Shown here one piece after another: positions 19,330 through 27,431 of a stretch of 46,628 bases of DNA (its first letter is position 1; each line of letters starts with the position of its first letter). This stretch comes from Candidatus Rokuibacteriota bacterium (lineage in GTDB: Bacteria; Methylomirabilota; Methylomirabilia; Rokubacteriales; CSP1-6). The stretch spans positions 1 through 46,628 of the forward strand of contig QHSB01000061.1 of NCBI GenBank assembly GCA_003220335.1. The letters run 5' to 3'. The notes beneath the pieces were generated by a model. The model had not been told where the DNA came from, ran no database searches, and saw only the letters and a list, made by a program, of their open reading frames with translations. The position numbers and the translations under genes were made by a program.

Positions 19330-19598
19330 CGCTGGCGGCTGCGCCTGCCCAACGTCACCTGGGTGGCCCTCTCGCCTGCCCACGATTTCCGGACGCTCGA
19401 CGCGAGCCATGGGCTGGAGCGGACGATACGGATCCGGACGCTGGAGCAGGCGGCTCTGTACAATCCACGGTCCACCCGCGAGGCTCCCACAAGCATCCAT
19501 TCCGTACCATGCCGCTGTCGGCTCCGTTCTATGCCGCCGTCGAGTCGTATCTGCGGGGCCTGGGCGCACTGGCCTCCGCGGATGTCGGAGGCGGATGA
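19330..19598 (+). pseudogene. Second remnant of the GT-like family of 2159-3079
   Basis: LPNVTWVALSPAHDFRTLDAS...EQAALYNP ~ KPTTTWMALSPFHDFSALQVS...DLAKLYNLP; then, frameshifted, RGSHKHPFRTMPLSAPFYAAVESYL ~ RGSMTHRFRIDPLSVDFYDACDSFL. Confidence 0.85.
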
Positions 19599-19746
19599 GG
19601 ACAGGGCTCTGAGGTGGCGGACCTCTCCATGGGCGATGCGGTCGGTATAGCGTTCAGGACCGGCGCGGGATCCGCGCTCGGCCTGGGTCACCTCTCCCGC
19701 TGCCTCGCCCTCGCGCATGCGCTGCGCACCCTCGGCGCCGAGAGTC
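19501..19746 (+). repeat. Diverged direct repeat, copy 2
   Basis: Counterpart of 18203-18446. Confidence 0.85.
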
Positions 19747-20660
19747 GTATGCTCATCGACGGTGACCACCGGACGCTCGAGCTCGCGATGGCCGCGGGCT
19801 TCGAAGCGTCGGCGGTGGCGCGTGCGGATGATCCCGAAGCCACTCTCGAGTGGTGCGGGCGGCTCGGTGCGTCCGCCCTCGTCGTGGATTCCTACGGCTT
19901 CACGACCGACGACCTGGCGGTCTTCGTCGCGGCCGGGCGGCCGGTGGCCGTCTTCGACGACACCGCGAACCGCGAGCTGCCCGTCGACCTCGTCATCAAC
20001 GGTGGCGCTGGAGCGCGCGCGCTGCCGTACCGCGGCGGTCCTCGGACGCGCTATCTGCTCGGTCCGAGCTACCTCGCGTTGCGGCCCGAGTTCGCCGAGG
20101 CCGCGCCGCGAACGATTCACGATAATGTCCAGCGAGCTCTCGTGACCATCGGCGGCGCCGATCCCGGCCGACTCGTCGCTCCCCTCATGCGCTGGGCGAT
20201 CGCGGGGCTTGGCGCCATCACCCTCGACGTGGTGGCGGGGCCGCTCGTCGACGACGTCGCCTCCGTCCGCGCCGCCGTGGGCGCCGTCGCGGGCCAAGTG
20301 GTGCTGCACGAAAGCCCCAAGCATCTCCGCGATTTGATGCTGGCGGTAGACCTGGCCATTACCGGAGGCGGGCAGACCGTGTACGAGTTGGCGGCCACCG
20401 GCACCCCTATGGTGGCCATCGGTCTGGCGGCGAACCAGACGCCGAACGTCGACGCGATGCGGGCGGCAGGCGCGCTCGCCTACGCCGGCGACGTCCACGA
20501 CGCCGCGCTGGGCCCGGGCCTCGTGGCTACGCTGGCGGCGCTCGCCGCCGATCCCTGGCGGCGCGCCGACATGAGCCGAAGAGGTCGGGCCCTCGTGGAC
20601 GGTCGGGGGGCACCGCGGGTGGCCCGGGCACTGCTGGACCTGATCGGGCGGCGCCGATGA
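19614..20660 (+). CDS. pseG: UDP-2,4-diacetamido-2,4,6-trideoxy-altropyranose hydrolase-like protein (PseG/SpsG family)
   Basis: IAFRT.AG..LGLGHLSRCLALA, VVDSY, LLGPSY..LRPEF, VTIGGADP, AITGGGQTVYELAA.G.P, A.NQ, LVDGRGA.RV. Confidence 0.8.
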   Translation: MADLSMGDAVGIAFRTGAGSALGLGHLSRCLALAHALRTLGAESRMLIDGDHRTLELAMAAGFEASAVARADDPEATLEWCGRLGASALVVDSYGFTTDDLAVFVAAGRPVAVFDDTANRELPVDLVINGGAGARALPYRGGPRTRYLLGPSYLALRPEFAEAAPRTIHDNVQRALVTIGGADPGRLVAPLMRWAIAGLGAITLDVVAGPLVDDVASVRAAVGAVAGQVVLHESPKHLRDLMLAVDLAITGGGQTVYELAATGTPMVAIGLAANQTPNVDAMRAAGALAYAGDVHDAALGPGLVATLAALAADPWRRADMSRRGRALVDGRGAPRVARALLDLIGRRR

Positions 20661-21718
20661 GGCTCGGGCCGGCGGGCTCGTGGCTTCGGCGTGTCCTCGG
20701 CGCCGGGTCGCTGGAGCACGGCGCTGCCGCGAGCCCTGACGCGCCGGTTGCGCGCGTGGCCTTCAACATGAGGCCGACGTCGTCGCCGTGGGGTGGTGGC
20801 AACCAATGGCTCGTGCAGATGGTCCGCTCCCTCTCCGCGCGCGGCTGGGCGGTGTCGGACAACCTCGACGGTGTGCTGGACGCCATCGTCATCGTGGATC
20901 CTCGCGTGGGCGGCCTCGTGACGTTCGGCCCGGAGGACATCCGAGACTACCGCCGGCGCAGTCCGCGGGTGGTCTGCCTCCATCGGATCAACGAGTGCGA
21001 CGCTCGCAAGGCCACGACGATGATGGACGGGCTCCTGGCCGAGGCGAACGTGGTGACCGACTTCACGGTTTTCGTCTCGGACTGGCTGCGCGACTATCAC
21101 GTGAGCCGGTGGTTCGACGGCTCTCGGCTCCACGCCGTCATCCGCAACGGTGCCGATCCCGCCATCTTCCACCCGCTCGGCGCCGATCTGTTCCGGGTCG
21201 GCACGCCCTTCCGGCTCGTCACGCACCACTGGTCCGACAACTGGAACAAGGGCTTCGACGTGTATCGTGAGGTCGACGGCTTGATCGCCGCGGGCCGATT
21301 GCCGGACACGGAATTGTGGGTGATCGGCCGTTGGCCGAGCGAGATTCGTTGGAAGGCGGCCCGCACGCACGCTCCGGCCACCGGCACCGCGCTGGCATCG
21401 CTCCTTCGGCGCTGCCACGCCTATCTCACTGCCTCGCGCTCGGAGCCGGGCCCGATGCATCCGGTGGAGGGCGCCCAGTGCGGACTTCCCATCGTCTACC
21501 ACGAGGACGGCGGCGGACTGGTCGAGGTGAGTCGGCGTTACGGCGTCGGATTCCGCGACGACGTCCGGACCGCCATTCTCGAGACGAGGGAGCGCTGGGC
21601 GGAGCTACGTGCGCAAGTGCTGGAGCATGCGCCATCGGGCGACGCGATGTGCGTGGCGTATGCGCGACAACTCCAGTGGCTCTGCGCGACCCGGGCCCTG
21701 GCGCAGCGACCGTCGTGA
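20657..21718 (+). CDS. GT-B / GT4-like glycosyltransferase
   Basis: PWGGGNQ, HRINECD, TVFVSDW, IRNGAD..IF, VTHHWS.NWNKG, ASRSEP...H.VEGAQCGLP. Confidence 0.8.
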   Translation: MRLGPAGSWLRRVLGAGSLEHGAAASPDAPVARVAFNMRPTSSPWGGGNQWLVQMVRSLSARGWAVSDNLDGVLDAIVIVDPRVGGLVTFGPEDIRDYRRRSPRVVCLHRINECDARKATTMMDGLLAEANVVTDFTVFVSDWLRDYHVSRWFDGSRLHAVIRNGADPAIFHPLGADLFRVGTPFRLVTHHWSDNWNKGFDVYREVDGLIAAGRLPDTELWVIGRWPSEIRWKAARTHAPATGTALASLLRRCHAYLTASRSEPGPMHPVEGAQCGLPIVYHEDGGGLVEVSRRYGVGFRDDVRTAILETRERWAELRAQVLEHAPSGDAMCVAYARQLQWLCATRALAQRPS

Positions 21719-22860
21719 TGCGCATCTGCACGCCCCACTGCGGCCTCGATCCGGAAACACGCCTCGGTGGCGAGATGTACGAGGTCGAGGTGCTGCGCGA
21801 GATGACCAAGCGCGGCCTCGTGTTCGACATCCTGCTCGCTCGCCACAAGACGTATCCCGACGGCGTGCCCAACTGGACGGTGCACCGCCTGCCGATCGGA
21901 CGCGGGCTGCGCTGGCCGATCGCCGCGTTCGTGCTGCCGCCGGCCATCAGGCGCGTGTACAAGGCGACGCGCTTCGACCTGCTCCGCGCGCACTCGCTGC
22001 GCTACATCGGTCCCGCCGCGCTGGCGGCGCGCGCCTGGTACGGCGTCGACGTGCCGATCGTCGCGCACCACCATCACCTCGATCCCAGCTGGCTGAACCC
22101 CTTGATCGAAGGACGCGTGATGCGGGCGGTCGAGTGCGTGATCGTCGGGAGCGAGTTCGCCCGCCGGCAGGCCTCCGAGGAGCTAGGCGTCCCCACGGAA
22201 CAATTCGCCGTCGTTCCGTACGGTGTGGACCGCGCGCTCGCGCCGGGCCCGAGACCGGAAGCGCTCGCGCGCCGCCTCGGGGTGGCCGGCGCGCCGATCG
22301 TCCTGTTCCTGGGGTCACTCGAGCCGCGCAAGAACCTCGCCTTCCTGCTCGACGTATGGCACGAGGTCACGCGTATGCGCGGCGAGGCCAAGCTGATCGT
22401 GGCCGGCGGCGGACCGCGACTGGGCGAGCTGCGCAGGCGGGCGCGGGCGCTCGGCATCGAGGCCTCGGTCGTCTTCACCGGCCACGTTCCCGCCGCCGAG
22501 AAGCTCGACTACTATCGGCTGGCCGACATGCTCGTGTTCCCGTCCACGCTGGAAGGCTTCGGCCTCGTGGTGGCGGAGGCGATGTCGTGCGGGCTCCCGG
22601 TGCTCATCTCGGATCGCGGCTCGCTGCCGGAGCTGATCGTTCCCGCCGCCGGCGGCCTCGTCGCCGACCCGACAGACCGCGACGCCTTCGTGCGCGGGAT
22701 CCTCACCCTGCTCGGCGACGCCACGATCCGGCGCCGCTTCGGCACCGCCAACCGCGAGCGCGTGGAGCGGCTGTACCGCTGGGACGTCTGCGCGGCGGCG
22801 ACGGCGCGCGTTTACGAGGAGGTCCTGGAAGCATGGCGGGCGCGACGGAGGCCGCGGTGA
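21718..22860 (+). CDS. Glycosyltransferase family 4
   Basis: ATG 21718 overlaps upstream stop; VPYGVD, FLGSLEPRKNL, FPSTLEGFGLVVAEAMSCGLPV (EX7E). Confidence 0.9.
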   Translation: MRICTPHCGLDPETRLGGEMYEVEVLREMTKRGLVFDILLARHKTYPDGVPNWTVHRLPIGRGLRWPIAAFVLPPAIRRVYKATRFDLLRAHSLRYIGPAALAARAWYGVDVPIVAHHHHLDPSWLNPLIEGRVMRAVECVIVGSEFARRQASEELGVPTEQFAVVPYGVDRALAPGPRPEALARRLGVAGAPIVLFLGSLEPRKNLAFLLDVWHEVTRMRGEAKLIVAGGGPRLGELRRRARALGIEASVVFTGHVPAAEKLDYYRLADMLVFPSTLEGFGLVVAEAMSCGLPVLISDRGSLPELIVPAAGGLVADPTDRDAFVRGILTLLGDATIRRRFGTANRERVERLYRWDVCAAATARVYEEVLEAWRARRRPR

Positions 22861-23660
22861 GCGCCTGGTGGCCGCGGCCGCTGGTGGCCGCCGTCGACTC
22901 GCTCAACCGCCGGGGCGGTGCGGTCGCCGTGCGGCTCGTGAGGTACACGGGCAAGAGCCGCGAGGCGATTCATCCCAAGCATCTCGTCGACGCACCGTGG
23001 CACCACTGGTACGTCGACTATCTCCAGGCCGGCGACGTCGTGCTCGACGTCGGGTGCGCGAACGGCGCGCACACGCTGGCGGCGGCCGGCCGCGCGCGGC
23101 GCGTGTTCGGAATGGATGCGGACGTCACGCAGCTCGGCATCGCGGTGGCGGCCGCGCGCCGGCGCGGGATGGACAACGTGCGGCTGCTGGCGTGGGACGT
23201 GACGCAGCCGTTTCCGTTCCCGCCGGGCACGTTCGACGCCGTCCTGTTCCTCGACGTCATCGAGCACCTCGAGCCGCGGGTGGCCGTGCTGCGCGAGATC
23301 CGTCGCGTGCTGAAGCCGCGCGGACGGCTGCTCCTCTCGGCGCCGCATCGCGATACCTCGTGGCGGCGTCGCCTGCGCGCCGCCGGCCTCTTCGCGTTCT
23401 CGGACGCCGACCACAAGGTCGAGTACTCCCGGGACAGCCTGCTGGCCGAGCTGGCCGGCGGCGGCTTCACGCCGACGGAGCCCGTGATGCCCGTCGTGTA
23501 CGACACGCCGCTCGCCGGCCTGATCGACGTCGTCGGTGGCCTCGCGCTCGCGCCGTACGCGCGCCTCGTCCGCTGGAAGCGCGCGGCCGCCCTTCGCCAT
23601 CCCGAGGAATCGATCGGGTTCCGCATCGTCGCGCGCTCGCGGCCTGGAGCGGGGTCGTGA
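22857..23660 (+). CDS. Class I SAM-dependent methyltransferase (Methyltransf_11)
   Basis: GTGA overlap; VLDVGCANG, FPFPPGTFDAV, DVIEHL, RRVLKPRG. Confidence 0.88.
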   Translation: MSAWWPRPLVAAVDSLNRRGGAVAVRLVRYTGKSREAIHPKHLVDAPWHHWYVDYLQAGDVVLDVGCANGAHTLAAAGRARRVFGMDADVTQLGIAVAAARRRGMDNVRLLAWDVTQPFPFPPGTFDAVLFLDVIEHLEPRVAVLREIRRVLKPRGRLLLSAPHRDTSWRRRLRAAGLFAFSDADHKVEYSRDSLLAELAGGGFTPTEPVMPVVYDTPLAGLIDVVGGLALAPYARLVRWKRAAALRHPEESIGFRIVARSRPGAGS

Positions 23661-24775
23661 TTCTCGGCCTGCTCCCGGAGATTCGCGGGGGCCTCGGCGC
23701 CCTCGCCCAGACCGGGCAGCACACGCGCTTCATCGACGGCTACCTGCGGCCGTACGCGCGCGCGTTCGACGAGGTTCGCTACTTCAGCTACCGGCGGGAG
23801 ACGCTCGCCGACTTCACGACCGACGCGGAGCTGGCGGGGCGGGTTCGTGTCGTCGCGGGGGCCGCCTGGCATCCGTGGGTCTACGCCGGGCTCATGGGGC
23901 TCCGCCACGGACGCGCGCTGGCCGGATGCTCCGTCCTCCGCGTGTTCCACCTCACCGGGGTGATCCCGGCGCTCGTGGCGCGGCGCCGGTTCGGCGTGCC
24001 GTTCGCCACGACGTACGGCTTTCACTACGACCGGCTCGCGCGCACACCGGCGCGCGCGTGGATGCATCGACGGCTCGAGCGGCTGGCGCTGGCCGAGGCC
24101 GACGCGGTGATCGTGACCACGCCCGAGCTGGCGGCGTACGTCGCGGACCGCGCCCGCTCGCGGGAGGCGGTGCATCTGCTGCCGAACGCCGTCGACGCGG
24201 GCGCGTTCCGTCCGATGCCGCGGCCACCGGCCTCCATCCCGACCGTGCTGTACGTCGGCCGCCTCTCGCCCGAGAAGAACCTCGGCGCGCTGATCGCCGC
24301 CGCCGCGAAGCTGCGCGGTCGTCTCGACGTGACGCTGCGTTTCGTCGGCGACGGTGCGCTCCGCGACGCGCTCGCCGGCGAGGCGGCGCGCGCCGGGGTG
24401 CGCCTCGAGCTCTCGCCGGTGGTCGACCACGCCCGGCTGCCGTCCATCTATGCCGCCGCCGACGTCTTCGTTCTGCCCTCGTTCACCGAAGGCCACGCCA
24501 AGGTGCTGCTGGAGGCGATGAGCTGCGGCGTGCCGTGCGTGGCGTCGAACGTCGGCGGCAACCGGGCGGCCATCGTGGACGGTCGCACCGGGCTGCTGGT
24601 CGATCCCGCCGACGCCGGTGCGCTCGCCGACGCCGTCGAGCGTCTGATCACGGACCGCGAGCTCGCGCGGCGCCTGGGCGATGCCGCCCGGCGCGAGATC
24701 GTCGAGCGCTACGATCTGACGACGGCCCTCACACGCGAGATCGAGCTGCTGCGCATGCTCGGGCATCGCCGCTGA
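23657..24775 (+). CDS. Glycosyltransferase family 4
   Basis: GTGA overlap; LPNAVD, YVGRLSPEKNL, FVLPSFTEG...VLLEAMSCGVP. Confidence 0.9.
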   Translation: MILGLLPEIRGGLGALAQTGQHTRFIDGYLRPYARAFDEVRYFSYRRETLADFTTDAELAGRVRVVAGAAWHPWVYAGLMGLRHGRALAGCSVLRVFHLTGVIPALVARRRFGVPFATTYGFHYDRLARTPARAWMHRRLERLALAEADAVIVTTPELAAYVADRARSREAVHLLPNAVDAGAFRPMPRPPASIPTVLYVGRLSPEKNLGALIAAAAKLRGRLDVTLRFVGDGALRDALAGEAARAGVRLELSPVVDHARLPSIYAAADVFVLPSFTEGHAKVLLEAMSCGVPCVASNVGGNRAAIVDGRTGLLVDPADAGALADAVERLITDRELARRLGDAARREIVERYDLTTALTREIELLRMLGHRR

Positions 24776-25464
24776 CCGACCTCATCCTCCGCCATCTGCC
24801 ACCGGCGCCCGCGCCGATCCTCGAGGCGGGATGCGGTCTCGGCCAGTACGTGGTGCTGCTGCGCGGGCGTGGTTACCACGCCGTCGGCGCCGACTGGGCG
24901 GTCGACCCGCTCCGCGTCTGCCGCGCGTGGGCCAAGGACACGCCGCTGGTGGCCATGGACCTGGGACAGCTGGCGTTCGGCGCCGGCGCGTTCGGAGCGT
25001 ACGTCTCGCTCGGAGTCGTCGAGCACGACGCCGGCGGCCCCGATCGCATCCTCGCCGAGGCGCATCGCGTGCTGGCGCCCGGCGGCACGCTGCTCGTCTC
25101 GGTGCCCTACGTGAACGTCGTCCGTCGTCTCGGCGCGCGGCGGATCAGGCGCGCGAACGAGCGCGTCCGCGCCGCCGGCGGAACGTTCTATCAGTTCGCG
25201 TTCTCGCGGCGCGAGGCGACGGCGGCGGTGGAGCGCGCCGGCTTCCGCGTCGTGCAGGCGACGCCGTACGATCCCGCGCGCGTGTTGCGCAGCGCGTGGC
25301 GCCGCTGGCGGCCGGCCCGCGGCGGGGGGCCGGGCGCCGCGGACGTCGGCGGGGCGACGCCGGCGCGCGGCGGGGTGCGGGGCCTGGCGCGACGGCTGCT
25401 GTACACGAGGCCGGCCCTGCACGCGCTCGGCCACATGATCCTGCTGGTGGCGCTGAAGCGATGA
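24772..25464 (+). CDS. Class I SAM-dependent methyltransferase; start uncertain (CTG, or 5'-truncated)
   Basis: ILEAGCGLG, VGADW, SLGVVEH, RVLAPGG.LLVSVP; no ATG/GTG/TTG close upstream of motif I. Confidence 0.75.
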   Translation: MTDLILRHLPPAPAPILEAGCGLGQYVVLLRGRGYHAVGADWAVDPLRVCRAWAKDTPLVAMDLGQLAFGAGAFGAYVSLGVVEHDAGGPDRILAEAHRVLAPGGTLLVSVPYVNVVRRLGARRIRRANERVRAAGGTFYQFAFSRREATAAVERAGFRVVQATPYDPARVLRSAWRRWRPARGGGPGAADVGGATPARGGVRGLARRLLYTRPALHALGHMILLVALKR

Positions 25465-26273
25465 GCGCGCCGGCCGTCTCCGTCGTGATGGCCGTCTACA
25501 ACGGCGAGCCGTGGCTGGGCGAGGCGCTGGCCAGCATCTTGGGACAGTCGCTGATCGACCTCGAGTTCATCGTGGTGGACGACGGCTCGACCGACGGGAC
25601 GCCGAAGCGCCTCGCTGCGATCGGCGACACGAGGGTGTCCGTGCTTCGACAGTCGCGCGGCGGGCAGACGGCGGCGCTGAATCGCGGTCTCCGGGCCGCG
25701 CGCGCGCCGCTGATCGCGCGCATCGACGCCGACGACGTCGCGCTCCCCGAGCGCCTCGCCCGGCAGGCCGCGTTCCTGGCCGACCATCCCGACGTCGGAC
25801 TGCTCGGTACCGCCGCGCGCGAGATCGCGCCGTCAGGGGGGGTGGTCCAGACGCTCGTGCCGCCCGCCGACGACCGTGCGCTTCGGCGCGCGCTCATCCG
25901 CGCGAACCCGTTCATCCACTCCGCCGTGATGTTCCGGCGCGCCGTGATCGATCTGGTAGGCGGATACGACGAGTCGTTCGCCGTTGCCCAGGACTACGAC
26001 CTGTGGCTCCGGATGAGCCGCGTCACGCAGCTTGCCAACCTCACGGAGCCGATGGTCCTGCGCCGGCTCGCGCCGGGCCGGCTGTCGAGCGCCCGCGACT
26101 CGACCCGGCTCCGCGACGAGATCATCGCCAAGGTTCGCGCGCTGCGGAGTGGGGCATCTCCGGTGTGGTCGGCCGTGTTTGTGGCCAGGCCGCTCGGGGC
26201 GCTACTGCTTCCGACGCTGCTGCGGCGTGCCGCACGCGCGGTTATTGCGCGGACGCCGCGCGAAGTGCGGTAG
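25461..26273 (+). CDS. Glycosyltransferase family 2
   Basis: VSVVMAVYN, VVDDGSTD, ALNRG, IARIDADD, AQDYDLWLR. Confidence 0.92.
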   Translation: MSAPAVSVVMAVYNGEPWLGEALASILGQSLIDLEFIVVDDGSTDGTPKRLAAIGDTRVSVLRQSRGGQTAALNRGLRAARAPLIARIDADDVALPERLARQAAFLADHPDVGLLGTAAREIAPSGGVVQTLVPPADDRALRRALIRANPFIHSAVMFRRAVIDLVGGYDESFAVAQDYDLWLRMSRVTQLANLTEPMVLRRLAPGRLSSARDSTRLRDEIIAKVRALRSGASPVWSAVFVARPLGALLLPTLLRRAARAVIARTPREVR

Positions 26274-26308
26274 GCGGCGGTGAGACGTCGGCGGTCCTCC
26301 TGAGCGCG

Positions 26309-27418
26309 ATGACCCCGTCGCCAGGACCGATCCTGCAGCTCCTCGTGTCGACCCGGCCGGGCGGTGGCCCCCAGCACGTCGCGCTGCTGGGGCGCGGGCT
26401 CCAGGCGCGAGGCTGGCAGCCGATCGTGGCCGGGCCCGCCGACGGCGTGCTCTTCGACGGCCTCGCGAAGGCGGGGATCGAGACCGTGAAGCTGGCCACG
26501 AATCGCCTGCGTCCGTCCACGCTCGCGCGCGTCGTCGGGCTCGTGCGCGAGCGCCGCATCAGCCTCGTGCACTCCCACGGCAAGGGCGCCGGCCTCTATG
26601 GTCGGCTGGCGGCCCGGATCACCGGCGTCCCCGCCATCCACACGTTCCACGGCATCCACTTCGAACGGTATGCGGCGCCCGCGCGCGCGGCCTACCTCGC
26701 GCTCGAGCGGCGGCTGTCGGCCTGGACGGCGATCGTTGTCAACGTCTCGCGCACGCAAGAGCGCGAGGGGCTGGCGCTGCGGCTGTTCACCGAGCGGCAG
26801 AGTCGGGTGGTCCAGAACGGCGTGGACGTGGCGCGGCTGACCGCGACGGCGCTCGATCGCCGGGAGGCGCGGCGCGAGCTCGGCCTGCCCGGGGACGCGA
26901 TGGTCGTGGGCACCGTCGCACGCTTCGATGCGGTCAAGCACCTCGATGTCCTGCTCCGCGCGGTGGCGCGCGTGCCGGACGTCATCCTCGTGCTGGTCGG
27001 GGACGGCGAGGAGTCGGCGCGCTTGCGCGGACTCGCCGGCTCGCTCAGCCTGGGCCCGCGCGCCGTCTTCGCGGGCGAGCGCGTGGACGCGGCGAGGCTG
27101 CTGCCGGCCTTCGACGTCTACGCGACGACGTCGCACAAGGAGGGCATGCCGCTCGCCGTGCTCGAGGCGATGGCGCTCGGCCTGCCGGTACTGGCGAGCG
27201 ACATCCCGGCGCACCGCGAGGTGCTGCCGCCCGCGTCGCCCGGGCTCTTTGCCGGGGACGTCGACGCGATGGCGGCGGCCCTCGCCCGGCTCGCGGGCGA
27301 TGCGGCCGCGCGCGCGGCGCTGGGCGCCGAGAATCGCATGCGCGCGCGCAGCGAGTTCGACGCGCGCGAGATGGTCGGCGCGCTGCACGCGCTCTACGGA
27401 GAGGTGCTGGGAGTGTAG
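26309..27418 (+). CDS. Glycosyltransferase family 4
   Basis: GGGPQHV, VHSHG, HTFHG, VQNGVD, EGMPLAVLEAMALGLPV. Confidence 0.9.
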   Translation: MTPSPGPILQLLVSTRPGGGPQHVALLGRGLQARGWQPIVAGPADGVLFDGLAKAGIETVKLATNRLRPSTLARVVGLVRERRISLVHSHGKGAGLYGRLAARITGVPAIHTFHGIHFERYAAPARAAYLALERRLSAWTAIVVNVSRTQEREGLALRLFTERQSRVVQNGVDVARLTATALDRREARRELGLPGDAMVVGTVARFDAVKHLDVLLRAVARVPDVILVLVGDGEESARLRGLAGSLSLGPRAVFAGERVDAARLLPAFDVYATTSHKEGMPLAVLEAMALGLPVLASDIPAHREVLPPASPGLFAGDVDAMAAALARLAGDAAARAALGAENRMRARSEFDAREMVGALHALYGEVLGV

Positions 27419-27431
27419 TAATATCGGGCGG

